Shown here: piece by piece, positions 50,398 to 60,764 of the stretch | How the letters are laid out: each line of letters begins with the position of its first letter | Numbering within the stretch: the stretch's first letter is position 1 | NCBI GenBank assembly: GCA_003427395.1 | Contig: BFEA01000028.1 | Location: 122,110 to 182,873, forward strand | DNA: 60,764 nt | Reading direction: 5' to 3' | Source: Chara braunii | Lineage: Eukaryota; Plantae; Charophyceae | Translations under genes and position numbers: made by a program | Notes under the pieces: generated by a model | What the model was told of the DNA's origin: nothing | Database searches by the model: none | What the model saw: only the letters and a program-made list of their open reading frames with translations

Positions 50398-50842
50398 GGC
50401 ACTGAATCTTTCCATGTTCTCGCGGAAGATTCACTCTCAGTTTCCATGATTGATCTCGAAATGTGCAAAAAGAGAGTGAATCTTCTCTAGAACATGGAAA
50501 GATACAGCGCCATGATTTTTGTCTTTTGTGCAACGGGGATACCGGAGCCCAACAAGATACACGGGCTGACAACAACACAGAGGCCCTAGGGGATACACGT
50601 GTTGACAACGACCCAGTTTCTTTTCTTTTTTTTCTCTCTTTTGTTTTTCCTTCTCAGAGTTCCCGACCTATGCGTGTCATCCTTGGGGTCTCGTGGCAGT
50701 GCATCTTTCCATGTTCTAACTGAAGATTAACTCTCGTTTTGCACATTTCGAGAGTAGTGGAGCCCCCCTCACTCCACTACTACTCTCGAAATGTGCAAAA
50801 CAAGAGTGAATCTTCCGCTAGAACATGGAAAGATACAGCGCC
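50398..50842. repeat. Two related long inverted repeats (about 50398-50510 and about 50695-50842)
   Basis: ATCTTTCCATGTTCT...GAAGATT / AATCTTC...AGAACATGGAAAGAT arms in both. Confidence 0.8.
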
Positions 50843-51029
50843 CTGATTTTTGTCTTTTGTGCATGTCAAGAATAGTGGAGCAAGGCCCTCCTTTTTTTTT
50901 TCTTTTTTTTTTTTCAATCTCAGCCCCGTCGCGTGGCTGGCCAAGGCCGCAATGCCTCGGCCACATCCGAGGTAAAAAAAAAGAAAGAGAGAGAGCATCT
51001 TGTCGTGTGGCTGGGCCACGGCCGAGATG

Positions 51030-51516
51030 GAGGATGGAGAGGATGCTGTACAACGAGATCCATGCGAGCATGCTGGGCAACCACACCATTTTCCCTCCCA
51101 TAATTGCCGACACTGGTAGTCCGGAAGGGGTGCAGTTGCCAAGGCGAGGAGCGGGAGGCGGGGAATTTGTCGGAAGTGAAGCCGGCGGTGATGGCGGCGC
51201 GGACGACCGTTCTTCGGCTAGGGACTCTGATCAAAATGCAGGTAGCAGGGCTGGAGGCCGAAAGCGGAAGAATGTACGTCGGCAGACTTTCGAGGCAATC
51301 ACTGATGTGATGGACCGGCATGGGCAACTCATGGCGTCGACGATCGATTCGTCGAGCAAGCGGCAGTGCAATATCTTGACCAGGCAATGCGACATACTGG
51401 AGCAGGAGATAGCGGTTCAGGGAGCGCATTATGCGACATCCGACGAAACACAGAAGATGATGAGCCACGCTCTCATGGAGATCGCTGCCGCCGTTCGTGG
51501 TCGTTCGACGATGTAG
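51030..51516 (+). pseudogene. C-terminal part of a Harbinger accessory (Myb/SANT-trihelix-type) protein
   Basis: LYNEIHASM..NHTIFPP, NLS-like RKRK, C-terminal coiled coil; convergent to the transposase. Confidence 0.5.
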
Positions 51517-51999
51517 ACCCTTCCTTCGTGTGATGTCTGTCATTCCGCTCTTGCGCTTGTCAGGGTCTTCCTTCTCTCATAGACATGAAATTAATTTTTT
51601 CTATTTTTGTCCTATATTTTTACTTTTTTCCGGTCCTCTGCCTAGTCGGTCGTGTGCCTGTTGGGTTGATCGTTGTGCTGATCTTTCCGCTGATCATTCA
51701 TTGCGAGTCATCGTCGCTCTCCGACCGCTGAAAGGACAAGGCCGCCAGCAGTATAAATCACGGTCCATAGCTAGGCGAACCACTCCGCGCCAACAGAACC
51801 TTCACCGTCGTTACGGATCCTGCAATACCTCCACTCGCTCGCTGCGACATTGAATGCTTGCTGTCTTCCACGATCCGCCGTCATCCGCTCGCAGCGCGCC
51901 ATCAGCGTCCATCGTCAGCCACGTACGCAGGCAGCCACCTTGTAGATCGCATGAAGCGGGATATTCTTCGGGAAGGCGGTACTCGTACTCCTTGCCAGT

Positions 52000-53764
52000 G
52001 TGGAACGTCGTTGGCTCACCTCCGGGACGGACGTCTACAGCAGTGAAGCGCTGCAGGACGTAGTAGCGCAGCGTCAGGCAAGGCCATGTCTCCAAGGGGC
52101 GGATGCGGTTCTCGTGCACGCGGCAAGAAGCGTGATGCACCTCATGACGACGGCAAGTGATGAAGGCGAAAAAGGATCGCCGAGACGGCGCGTCATTCAA
52201 CGGCGCAGAACGGACGGGGATGGGTGGGGAAGGCTAAGCGGGACCGATGATAATGACGTCTTCTCGACAGGCGCTCCTGACGTTCAGCCGCCGCCACTGC
52301 CGTCGAACGTTCATGCAATCGCTGGGGGGTCATTTGCGCAGGCAACGACTCACGACGAGCGCATCATCAACGTTGAAGTGAATGAAGACGCGCGGTTGGA
52401 CGAAGGCCAAGGCGGCGCGGTGCCCGAACGTAGCGCAATGCAGCCGGTTACACTGCCGACAACGCCACGTCAGCAGCACGCAGTTGTGGCCACAGGGGGG
52501 GCGACGCCCAGACAGGCAGTCCCACTGCCGGCAACGCCACGTCAGCATTGCGCGGGCGATAATGTTGGATCTGGTGTTGCAGCCAGCACTGCGACGGCGG
52601 TGGAGCCGCCGCAACCCCGCCACGCAGGTGCGGACGTGGGAGTTGTGGCAGGAGCACCGCGGGGGGCGACAGGGGAAGGCCGCAGGGGAGAGGACGTGGC
52701 GAGCGCAACGAAGGTTGCGCGTGCGGAGAAGAAGAGGGCGGGTGAGGATGACGAACCTCTCGTCAACAGGGTGCGCAAAGGCGGACTGGCAAAAGATCTG
52801 GCGGAGCGGGCGAGACTGTGGGTCGACGACAAATCATTCTGGACGTCAGGGGAGGGGCGCAAACTCTACAATATCATCAACGAGACATGTGAGCACCTCG
52901 TCTCCGTCGCAAGTGGGCTTCCACTCCTGAACGTCCCGAGAAGCGTCGCCATGCTCACATCCAACATCGCGCAGATCAGGATCGCGAATGCAGGGCAGTT
53001 GCAGGGAGCATTGAGCCGCGCATCGAAATTCCAAAGTGTGGCCTTGCGGGTTTTGCATGGTTGGGTCTTCAAATCGGGCTCCAAAGAATGAAGATACAAT
53101 GTCGCCTTCCAGTATGTACTAGGAATCTGTGGCGACCGACATCAGGCGCATGATGTGGCATGGTGAGGAATGGAGTAACGTCAACAGCCCCGCCGTTTGC
53201 GCGCGCACACTGGACATGGGGATGGACCTCCCATTGTGGTTTGTTGGGGTGTACATCGAAGACAGGGCGGCAAACGACGAGATGGCGGCGTACCAGGAGG
53301 CAATTGTGATGCGGCTGACCGCGGCATTCAGCACGGCGATCGAAACGACCCAAAACGTCGATTGGGGACGCGTTGCACATAAACGTCTATCTCGTCTAGT
53401 TGAAAGCTTCAAGGAGCTGTTGGCGGCGTGCATGTGGATCATGCGAATGGCGGGAGATGATCTGCGCTCGCACTACGAAGCCTTCTACTTCACCAACATG
53501 CTCGCCAAGCCCCTGCTCGTCGCGTCCATGCACCGTTTGTTCAATCGTCGACGGCACATCATGTCCGCAGCCAACTCCGCGACCGAACGGCTGGGGAAGG
53601 CGCAGGTGACGTTGGGGCACTCCCCGAACTTCCTGCCGAACTGGGTGCCTTGCGGCATTAAGTTCCAACATGACGCCAACTTGTCAGGGCCCGACGAGGC
53701 GAGAGGGCTTCAGTGGTTGGGGACAAGGCCAGCCGCCGACGACGACGACGAAGATGACGAGTAG
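52000..53764 (+). pseudogene. Third Harbinger-borne ORF of unknown function (one stop and one frameshift near 53090-53125)
   Basis: 363-aa and 211-aa consecutive ORFs; globular, Trp-rich C-terminal half; lies between the accessory ORF and the transposase. Confidence 0.6.
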
Positions 53765-53842
53765 GAGGAGGAGGAGTGAAAGTGGAAAGGGGGGTGTGCG
53801 GCGAGGACGAACATGACGATATCGCGATGATGAAAATGCTGC

Positions 53843-53942
53843 GATGATGATGATGATGATTATGATGATGATGACGATGATGATGCTGATGATGATTATG
53901 ATGATGATGACGATGATGATGCTGATGATGATAATGATGAAC

Positions 53943-53976
<34 letters not shown>

Positions 53977-53998
53977 CGATGATGATAACGATGACGAT

Positions 53999-54059
<61 letters not shown>

Positions 54060-54140
54060 ATGGGAATGACAGTGAACTTCATCATTACGACGGTGATGAT
54101 GATGATGATGATGACCACAGTGACGACGATGATGATGACG
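53843..54140. repeat. (GAT)n microsatellite
   Basis: Visible repeat. Confidence 0.95.
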
Positions 54141-55355
54141 ACCGTGATGACGAGTTGGCGATGTGGGAAAAGTTGCGAAAGGCCCTGCATGGCGCCCGTC
54201 ATTAGTTGTAGGTGGTGCTATATTTTTCGTAATTTTGGCTTGGCGGTCATTGCAGTAGCCGGTCAGTTTCTGCGTACGGTCATTACGGCGGTCCAGTGCT
54301 TGTTTTTTATTTATTTATTTATTTTTTGTACGAAAGGCTCGTTTCGTCCACCTGTTTATCCCTTCCCAAGACGCTGATGATGACGACGTGCATTGGTGTG
54401 GCAGTCGGGGGGCCTTTTTATTTTGGAGGACAATCACCCATTCAAAGTTCACGTCCAGAAGGACGGGTGGTGTGTGTGAACGATATTAATTGCTGCAGTT
54501 TAACGACTTCTTTTGGTGCATCATTTTCAGAAGACCTTGCCAGGCTTGTCGTCGCCTTCATACATGTCTGAATGTTGTCATCTCTGCATTCGATGATGTT
54601 ATTATCTCTACATTCCATGAGCATTGCATTGCATTGAATTTTTATTTTTATTTTCGTAAAAGGAAAGTGTGAATAAATGAACAGAGCATGTGGATCATGA
54701 AACTGGGATACATCATTCGCTAATTGAAGACAACAATTGTTAATTGACAACTTTTGATGCAAGTTTTCTTAATCGAAGAGAAGAAATGGCAACGGCAAAA
54801 TAGGACAACCTTTGCAATGCGACGACCGACAAATGAACGACTGCAAGCCATTCCAGCTTGTCAACTTTATCATCTATTTCATAACTCACAGTAAGCATAT
54901 GGACAACGAACCGTTGCAAACCATTCCAGCACTTCAAGGTAATCATCAACTCAAAATGAATTAGAAAACGCATGTCCCGTTCTGTAAGGTTGGAGACCAT
55001 CCACTCTAAACAACAGCTACACGGCACGACATCGCTGGTGAAAGACCGCACTCCCTCCAGAGGCGCAATACAAACCAACCCTAAACCGCACAATGACTAA
55101 TGGTGACACACGGCACCCACGAACTTAACGTCGTCGATCGTGGACCGCTGGACGACAACCTGCACACCGGTGGCAATCCAAGAACACGAGGAAGCAGAAA
55201 ACAAACCCGAAGTCCACTCTCGATGCCACGACACACTCCCACCTCCCATCCCAAAGAACCACCAACTTGGCCCCCCGCCCCCCCCCTCCCCCCGGCGTGC
55301 GAACGGGCGGACTACTGACCATCCCACGGTAGGCTAATCATCGATGACATCAACC

Positions 55356-56797
55356 CTATTGTGCCGCCCGCCATACCGAACGTGGCACTCCCACGCTCTT
55401 CACGACCCACACCCCGCAGTTGCACGCGCCTACATCAAAGCCAGTCGGTCTCGAAGTGCATCCCTCAACAGATCCCCGTTGACGTTCGTGCTTTGTTGCC
55501 TCCCGCCATACCCAAGTCCACTCTACACAATTTCCCACCATGCCCAAGTCCACTCTACGCCGGACACCGTTTTCATCCACCTCCCACAGCAGGTTCTCGC
55601 CGAACTCGATCCCCACATCCAGGAGGATGTTGTGGAGAGTCTATACGGCGACGAATTGCTGCGGCAAGGTCTCCAAGTTCGTTTTGTGGGTGCGCAGGAA
55701 TAGACACCACATGCACTTCAACCGCCCGAACGCCCTCTCCACACACCCCCGCGCCACCTTCTGCCGCATGTCGAAACGTTCCTCATCAGGACGTTGCTCG
55801 ATTCCTCCGTACGGATGGACGATCCATGGACAGGCAACGGGGTACCCGTTGTCACCGAGAAGGTAACCTCGCGTGACGACACCATGTGGCAGATTCTCCG
55901 GAGGGGCGTCGAAAAGCTCGTTGCTTTCTGCGCGCCTTCACAAATGGGAGTTCTGCAGGACACGGATGTCGTGCACACTTCCCAGGTATCCGACGTGGAC
56001 GTTCAGGATACACAGATCCAAATCGACTACCACATACGCTTGAACGGAGAACTTCTGTTTGCGGTCGTAGTAGTTATCTGACGGCGCACCGGCGGGCTTG
56101 TCAATATACGTGTGCGTGCAGTCGATTGCGCCGAAGCAGTTAGGGAAACCCTTCTCCCGAAAAGCCCGCAGTATCTGCACACGTCTCCGCCCAATAGACC
56201 ACTTGATGGATTCGGGGTACGCCTTCAACAGCGTTGAAGTTACATCACTGACGGTCTGCAATCCAGTGGCCCTGCGGATGCCCAAGGCTAACGTGCCACT
56301 CTCGAACGTCTCCTCGGAGGCCCAACTAATGTACAACGCGAAAGCAATGACCTGCTCCGCAGGCAATGGCATCCTATAATGTGTGACCTTCTTCTCGACG
56401 TGAGCGGCGCATGCGGCAATGATCTGCATGAAGACAACCCTGGACATACGCAACTTGTCACGGAAGTACTCTTTCGGCGCGTCGTCACACAGTCGGAGAT
56501 CCTCCCAAGTTTCGCCTGTCCTTCGTTTGATTCACCATCGCGGCGTTTCCCGCGGGAAGACACCGGGGTAGAGCGTCGCGCACAACTGCAGGACCGCTTC
56601 AGACGTCGCCACACAATCCAGCGCTTCGACGACGCGTTGCAACAGTGCTCTGCGCTTCCGCAACTGCGAACGCTTCTGGCTTTCCGTGGACGACATGTCG
56701 CCCACCGAGCTAAGGACCACGACAGTCACCGCCATCGCCACCGCCTCCCTCTCTTCTTCACGCAACCCATGGCCACCGCCACAAACGTCCATCCCCA
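55356..56797 (-). pseudogene. Harbinger DDE transposase (HARBI1 / DDE_Tnp_4-like)
   Basis: FPNCFGAIDCTH, GSVHD, YLLGDNGYP, VERAFGRLK..W, LHN; in-frame stops at 56532, 55938, about 55640. Confidence 0.92.
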
Positions 56798-57796
56798 TCG
56801 CCCTTTCGCCTCTCACGGATAACGCTTGCAACCGCCGTCGAAGATGACCCCGCTGCTCTTCCCTCCCACATGACACTGCGCACGCCGCTCACGACTCGCA
56901 CAAACGCGAAAAATGGAGTTCCGCGTCAACGAAATCACCACCACCGTCATTTGTACCTCCCACACGTCGCTTGCAAGTCCTCCAGCCCGCCTCCCTGCAA
57001 GTCCTCCATCCCGCTTCCCCGCGTCCGCAAAAATTCGAATTCAAATTTTCGAACGTCGTCCTTCCCGTGCTTCCCACCTCACCCTCCTCAACTGGGCAGG
57101 ACCCACCACTGTCTGCACCAGGGACACCAGGCTGCAATGGGCGGACATCGACGGCGTGGTTGCGTATACGTATATGAGAACTGGCCGCGGGAGACCATTT
57201 AGCACGATTCCTAAAAGAATTTTTTAAGCATTGCATGCGACGACGCCGCAGCAAATCCTAAAATTCTCTTAGGATTCCTTTAGGAGTGTCTAACAAGACC
57301 CTTAGTGTCTACCACTTAGGATCATCTAGGATCATCACCCTCCAACCTGGGGGTGACCTGACCGAACCGTGGTTGTAGGTACCGGGGCTTAGCAGAGTCC
57401 CACATACCCCACTCAGCCCCGATCGAAGCATAGTTGAGCGAGCCTTGTCGCCTAGGTACTTCAGGTGCTAGGTACAAACGTTTCACTACAAGTCCCATAG
57501 CTGGACCTTATTTTTGCGTTCCTATCGTTGTGCACACAGTTGTTGTTACTGTTGTTTGTTGTTAGGTTGTTCGTTGTGCACACCGTTGTCATTATTGTTG
57601 TTGGTTGTGAGCCATTTTTTCAATTTTTTGTATGAGTGTGGGAAGCAGGTAATCTACCCTACTGGCCATAGCCCCCTACTAAGTTCTCATCTCCTCAACT
57701 GTTCGCGTTATAAGTCTATGTTCCTCCCACCAAACCCCTCCGTGCCTAATGGATGACCCCCACAAGATCTCCAACTAGCAACGTGAAAAAAAGATT

Positions 57797-57892
57797 TAGC
57801 TCAGTGGTTAGAGTGCAGTTGATGTAGCTCAGTGGTGAGAACACCGGTTGGAAATGCGCATTGTGGTATAAGGTTGCGGGTTCAAAACGCAA
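57797..57892 (+). mobile_element. Possible tRNA-derived SINE head
   Basis: Duplicated A-box TAGCTCAGTGG (about 57797 and 57825) and B-box-like GGTTCAAAAC; no full cloverleaf. Confidence 0.4.
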
Positions 57893-58494
57893 TTGCAGCC
57901 TTGCGCATGGACACCGGCAGGGCATTAGAATGACGCACGGCTGGACACACACCCCCGTGGGCTGACGCACGGTAAGCTTATACAGACACTGCTTGCGCAC
58001 CACCCAAGGGGTTGTCCATGGTGTTGTATGTCGGGTCTTGATACTGCGTGGGTTGCTTGTGGTTGTTGCTCGTTGTTGTTGCTCGTCGTTGTTCTGTTGA
58101 TCTCCCCGGTCTGGCATATCACACACAGGGGCCGTTTGCGATTATCGCTCAAATACTAAAGTCTTCAGGTCATAGATCACGGGTTCAAGTCTGGCTTGGG
58201 ACTTTGGGGGGGGTTCTTGTCCAGCTTGGCCTGTCATCTCTTCAAACGAACACATAGTTCCCTCTACATAGTACTGCACATATCTGGCCTTCGGGCACAC
58301 ATATCTCGCTATACAGTTACACAGAGCACACATAGCCTGGAAGAGGCCCAAGTGATCATGACAATTATACTGTAATTATGCTGTAATGGGACGCTGGACC
58401 GGAAGGCGGCGCGCGTTAGCGCTAGCACTAACGCTATGGCTGGCGGGCGCCGGGCCGCCGCGGCACGCGGATGGTGGCATGCTGGTTGCTTGCA

Positions 58495-58740
58495 GGCGAG
58501 GCGCTGGCTGGTCGGAGGTGGTGGCAGGTTGCGAGGCGCTGGCTTCTCGCAAGTGGCGAGGCGCTGGCTGTGTGAGTGCAGCGAGGCGCTGGCTGCTGGC
58601 GGGGAGCGAGGCGCTGGCAACAGGTGAGTGGTGGGACGCTGGTGACTTGCGACTGGCGAGGCGCTGGCTTGTGGTGACTAGTAGCATGCTAGCTGACACA
58701 TGGCGCAGTGCTGGCAGCCGACGGGAGGGAGGCGCTGGTG
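58495..58740 (+). repeat. GC-rich minisatellite of GCGAGGCGCTGGC units
   Basis: At least 6 copies at about 25-35 bp spacing. Confidence 0.75.
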
Positions 58741-59454
58741 CGAGAGTGCAGTGATGTTGTGAAGTAGATGGGGGTTAGCGCTTGACGCACGCGCGGTATC
58801 TAGAGGCGCTGGGTCATTACTACGTCACAGGCTGACGTGGCATCTAGCCTAAGGCACGGAGGAAAAGGGAGAATGGTAGCGACAGCTGCTGTTTGAACAT
58901 TTTCCCTGTGTTTTTCACATGAGGTACTCCGTAGCCAAGACCTTTAAAGAGGCTGGAGAGCTCATGCAAGTTGACGAAAGTCGATGTCGGTGGAGGAAAG
59001 TGGAGTCAGCCCCGTGGAGACCAAAGTGCGGAGAACGTTGGTCCTACTTGAAGAATCATCACAGTGCCACTGAGAGAGTATCATCAAGAGAGCGGCTAGG
59101 AGGTCATCATGAATCTATATATGTGCTTTCGTCTGTTTTTTGTTTTGTGCAGGTTATCCATCAAGAGCATCAAGATTGTCACCATTGTCATTTCAGGGGG
59201 GGGGTTTCATCAAGGACACCGTCATTTTTGTAATCCTCATTTGGTTACCAGTGGTAATCATCATCGGCTTCTCTAATTCGTCATCCATGTTATTTATCTT
59301 CTTCATGGTCATCATCCAGACTTCTCTGTAAAAAATCGTAATCATTGTCATGTTCTATTTTCATTACAGCAATAGTGAGCTGTCAATCTTCCACACCGAT
59401 GCCATTAGGGTATTGCAAGTCCAACGTTCTTTATTTATTTTCATTAATTTTATT

Positions 59455-59559
59455 TCATCATCATCACCATCATCATCATTATCATCATCATCATCATCAT
59501 CATCTACCAATCTGAATCTTTATCATCATCATCATCATCAATCATCATCATTCATCATC

Positions 59560-59601
<42 letters not shown>

Positions 59602-59602
59602 T
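59455..59602. repeat. (CAT)n microsatellite
   Basis: Visible repeat. Confidence 0.95.
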
Positions 59603-60685
59603 ATCACGGTTTCATTGTTCTTTTTTTCATCAATCAGTAGTCATCTCTGTGTTTGTGATTATATTCTCATATCCCAGATAGGCCATGGTCTAGTTGGTAG
59701 GTAGGTTGGTTAGGAAGGGAGTGCTACTCCGCAGGGGTAACACAAGGTGGGAGGTGATTGCCCTCTGGGGAGTAGATGCAGATGATGGGAGCTGACCTGG
59801 GCTGGGGCTGGGAGATATGTATGGGGGCGCATTATCTCCTGGCGGAGGCAGACTAGGTCAGAGTGTTAGTTTTGAGGTACATTTTTTTGGGGGGGAACTG
59901 GTAGAAGGGAATGGAGAGGTTCTCTCTCTCGTTGTGGCTGATAGGAACTTCATGCTCATAGCGGTGTTCGGCTCAGCGGAGGTAGGGAGAGGAGAAGAGG
60001 AAATGAGGGGAGAGGAGGAGAATACATGGAAGAAGGGGAGGGGTGGAGAGAAATAATCATCAGCGTCCTCGTCATTATCCATCATCTTTGTGATCATCTC
60101 AGGGTACTCGTCAAATTTCATCATAAGAAAGTTTTGCTGATCAAGATTCTGATATTATCAGATCCTTGATTTCTGGTTGGCATTCTAGATTAGCTAATTT
60201 CCTAATTGAGTCCTCTTGTGTAATGGCCAGGTTGAGTTGGCGCCAGAACGACGCTAGCCGGCATTGGGGCAGTGCCCTGTAACCTGCTTGTGTAGGAGCT
60301 TGAGGCTTTGTATAGAGGTCTGGAATTGCCGAGGGAGGAAGGCAATCTGCAAACTTGACTGATTGCTACAATCTGGCCAACGATGGTCGGAGCTGGGGTG
60401 GGTAGCGCTGCCCTGTAACCGAGCTAGATTGGGGTGTGAGACCGGGAAGAGGCCTGATTGGTGCACAGCACAGGCTCAATTGTGATTGGTTGTTTGGAAT
60501 GGATACATGAAATTAGGGATAGGATAGTAATTCAGTGTTGAGTAGACAATCTTTCTGATTAGTCATCATCTAGCTCTATTTCATGACCTCAAATCACCCA
60601 CTCTAACATCCTAAATCATCCAAAATTATCCTCAATCATCCTAAATTTTCATCAATTGTCAATCATTAATGTATTTTCATTATAA

Positions 60686-60764
60686 GGGACGTTGGGCCTG
60701 GTTCCCAGCACGTGATGCTCCCCACGAATAGATTGGAGCAATTTAAAAAAAAAAAAAAAAAAAA
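60686..60764 (+). mobile_element. Retroelement 3' tail: pseudoknot module (CGTG/CACG variant) + poly(A)
   Basis: GGGACGTTGGGCCTGGTTCCCAGCACGTGATGCTCCCCACGAATAGATTGGAGC followed by an A-run. Confidence 0.8.

Larger units (their letters stand above)
51030..57301. mobile_element. PIF/Harbinger transposon, left end missing
   Basis: Right TIR GGAGTGTCTAACAAGACCC + TTA, related to the TIR at 25976-25997; transposase on - strand, accessory ORFs on + strand. Confidence 0.8.

Noticed and set aside
53684-54377. Poly-Met / poly-Ile ORFs (also poly-IY, poly-LS/RE, poly-K/F ORFs at 17.9-20.5 kb and poly-H/S at 59.4 kb)
   Set aside because: These are translations of microsatellites.

Overview
A eukaryotic window made almost entirely of transposable elements and simple repeats; no intact host gene is evident. 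The style of the elements suggests a streptophyte green alga such as Chara (inference). Main components: (1) decayed L1/Tx1-type LINEs at about 4.5-8.9 kb. (2) About 12 poly(A)-tailed retroelement 3' ends sharing a ~53-nt covarying hairpin + H-type pseudoknot module. (3) A Penelope-like element of the Naiad/Chlamys layout (GIY-YIG before RT) at 26570-32515 (-), with 13-bp TSD, direct pseudo-LTRs each holding a minimal hammerhead ribozyme, and an in-frame N-terminal CCHC-knuckle/coiled-coil region. (4) A 13.5-kb Ty3/Gypsy element at 34430-47922 (-), with 4-bp TSD and tRNA-iMet PBS. Its integrase is a separate ORF carrying an N-terminal PHD-like finger, and two further ORFs follow. It has no polypurine tract; a perfect CGTCACA-TA-TGTGACG palindrome sits there instead, and its LTR ends are asymmetric, hinting at a non-canonical priming/integration route. 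(5) Two PIF/Harbinger elements, TTAA-flanked and hAT-like MITEs, a 334-bp foldback, a degenerate array of about 15 ACA-loop hairpins, and microsatellites.
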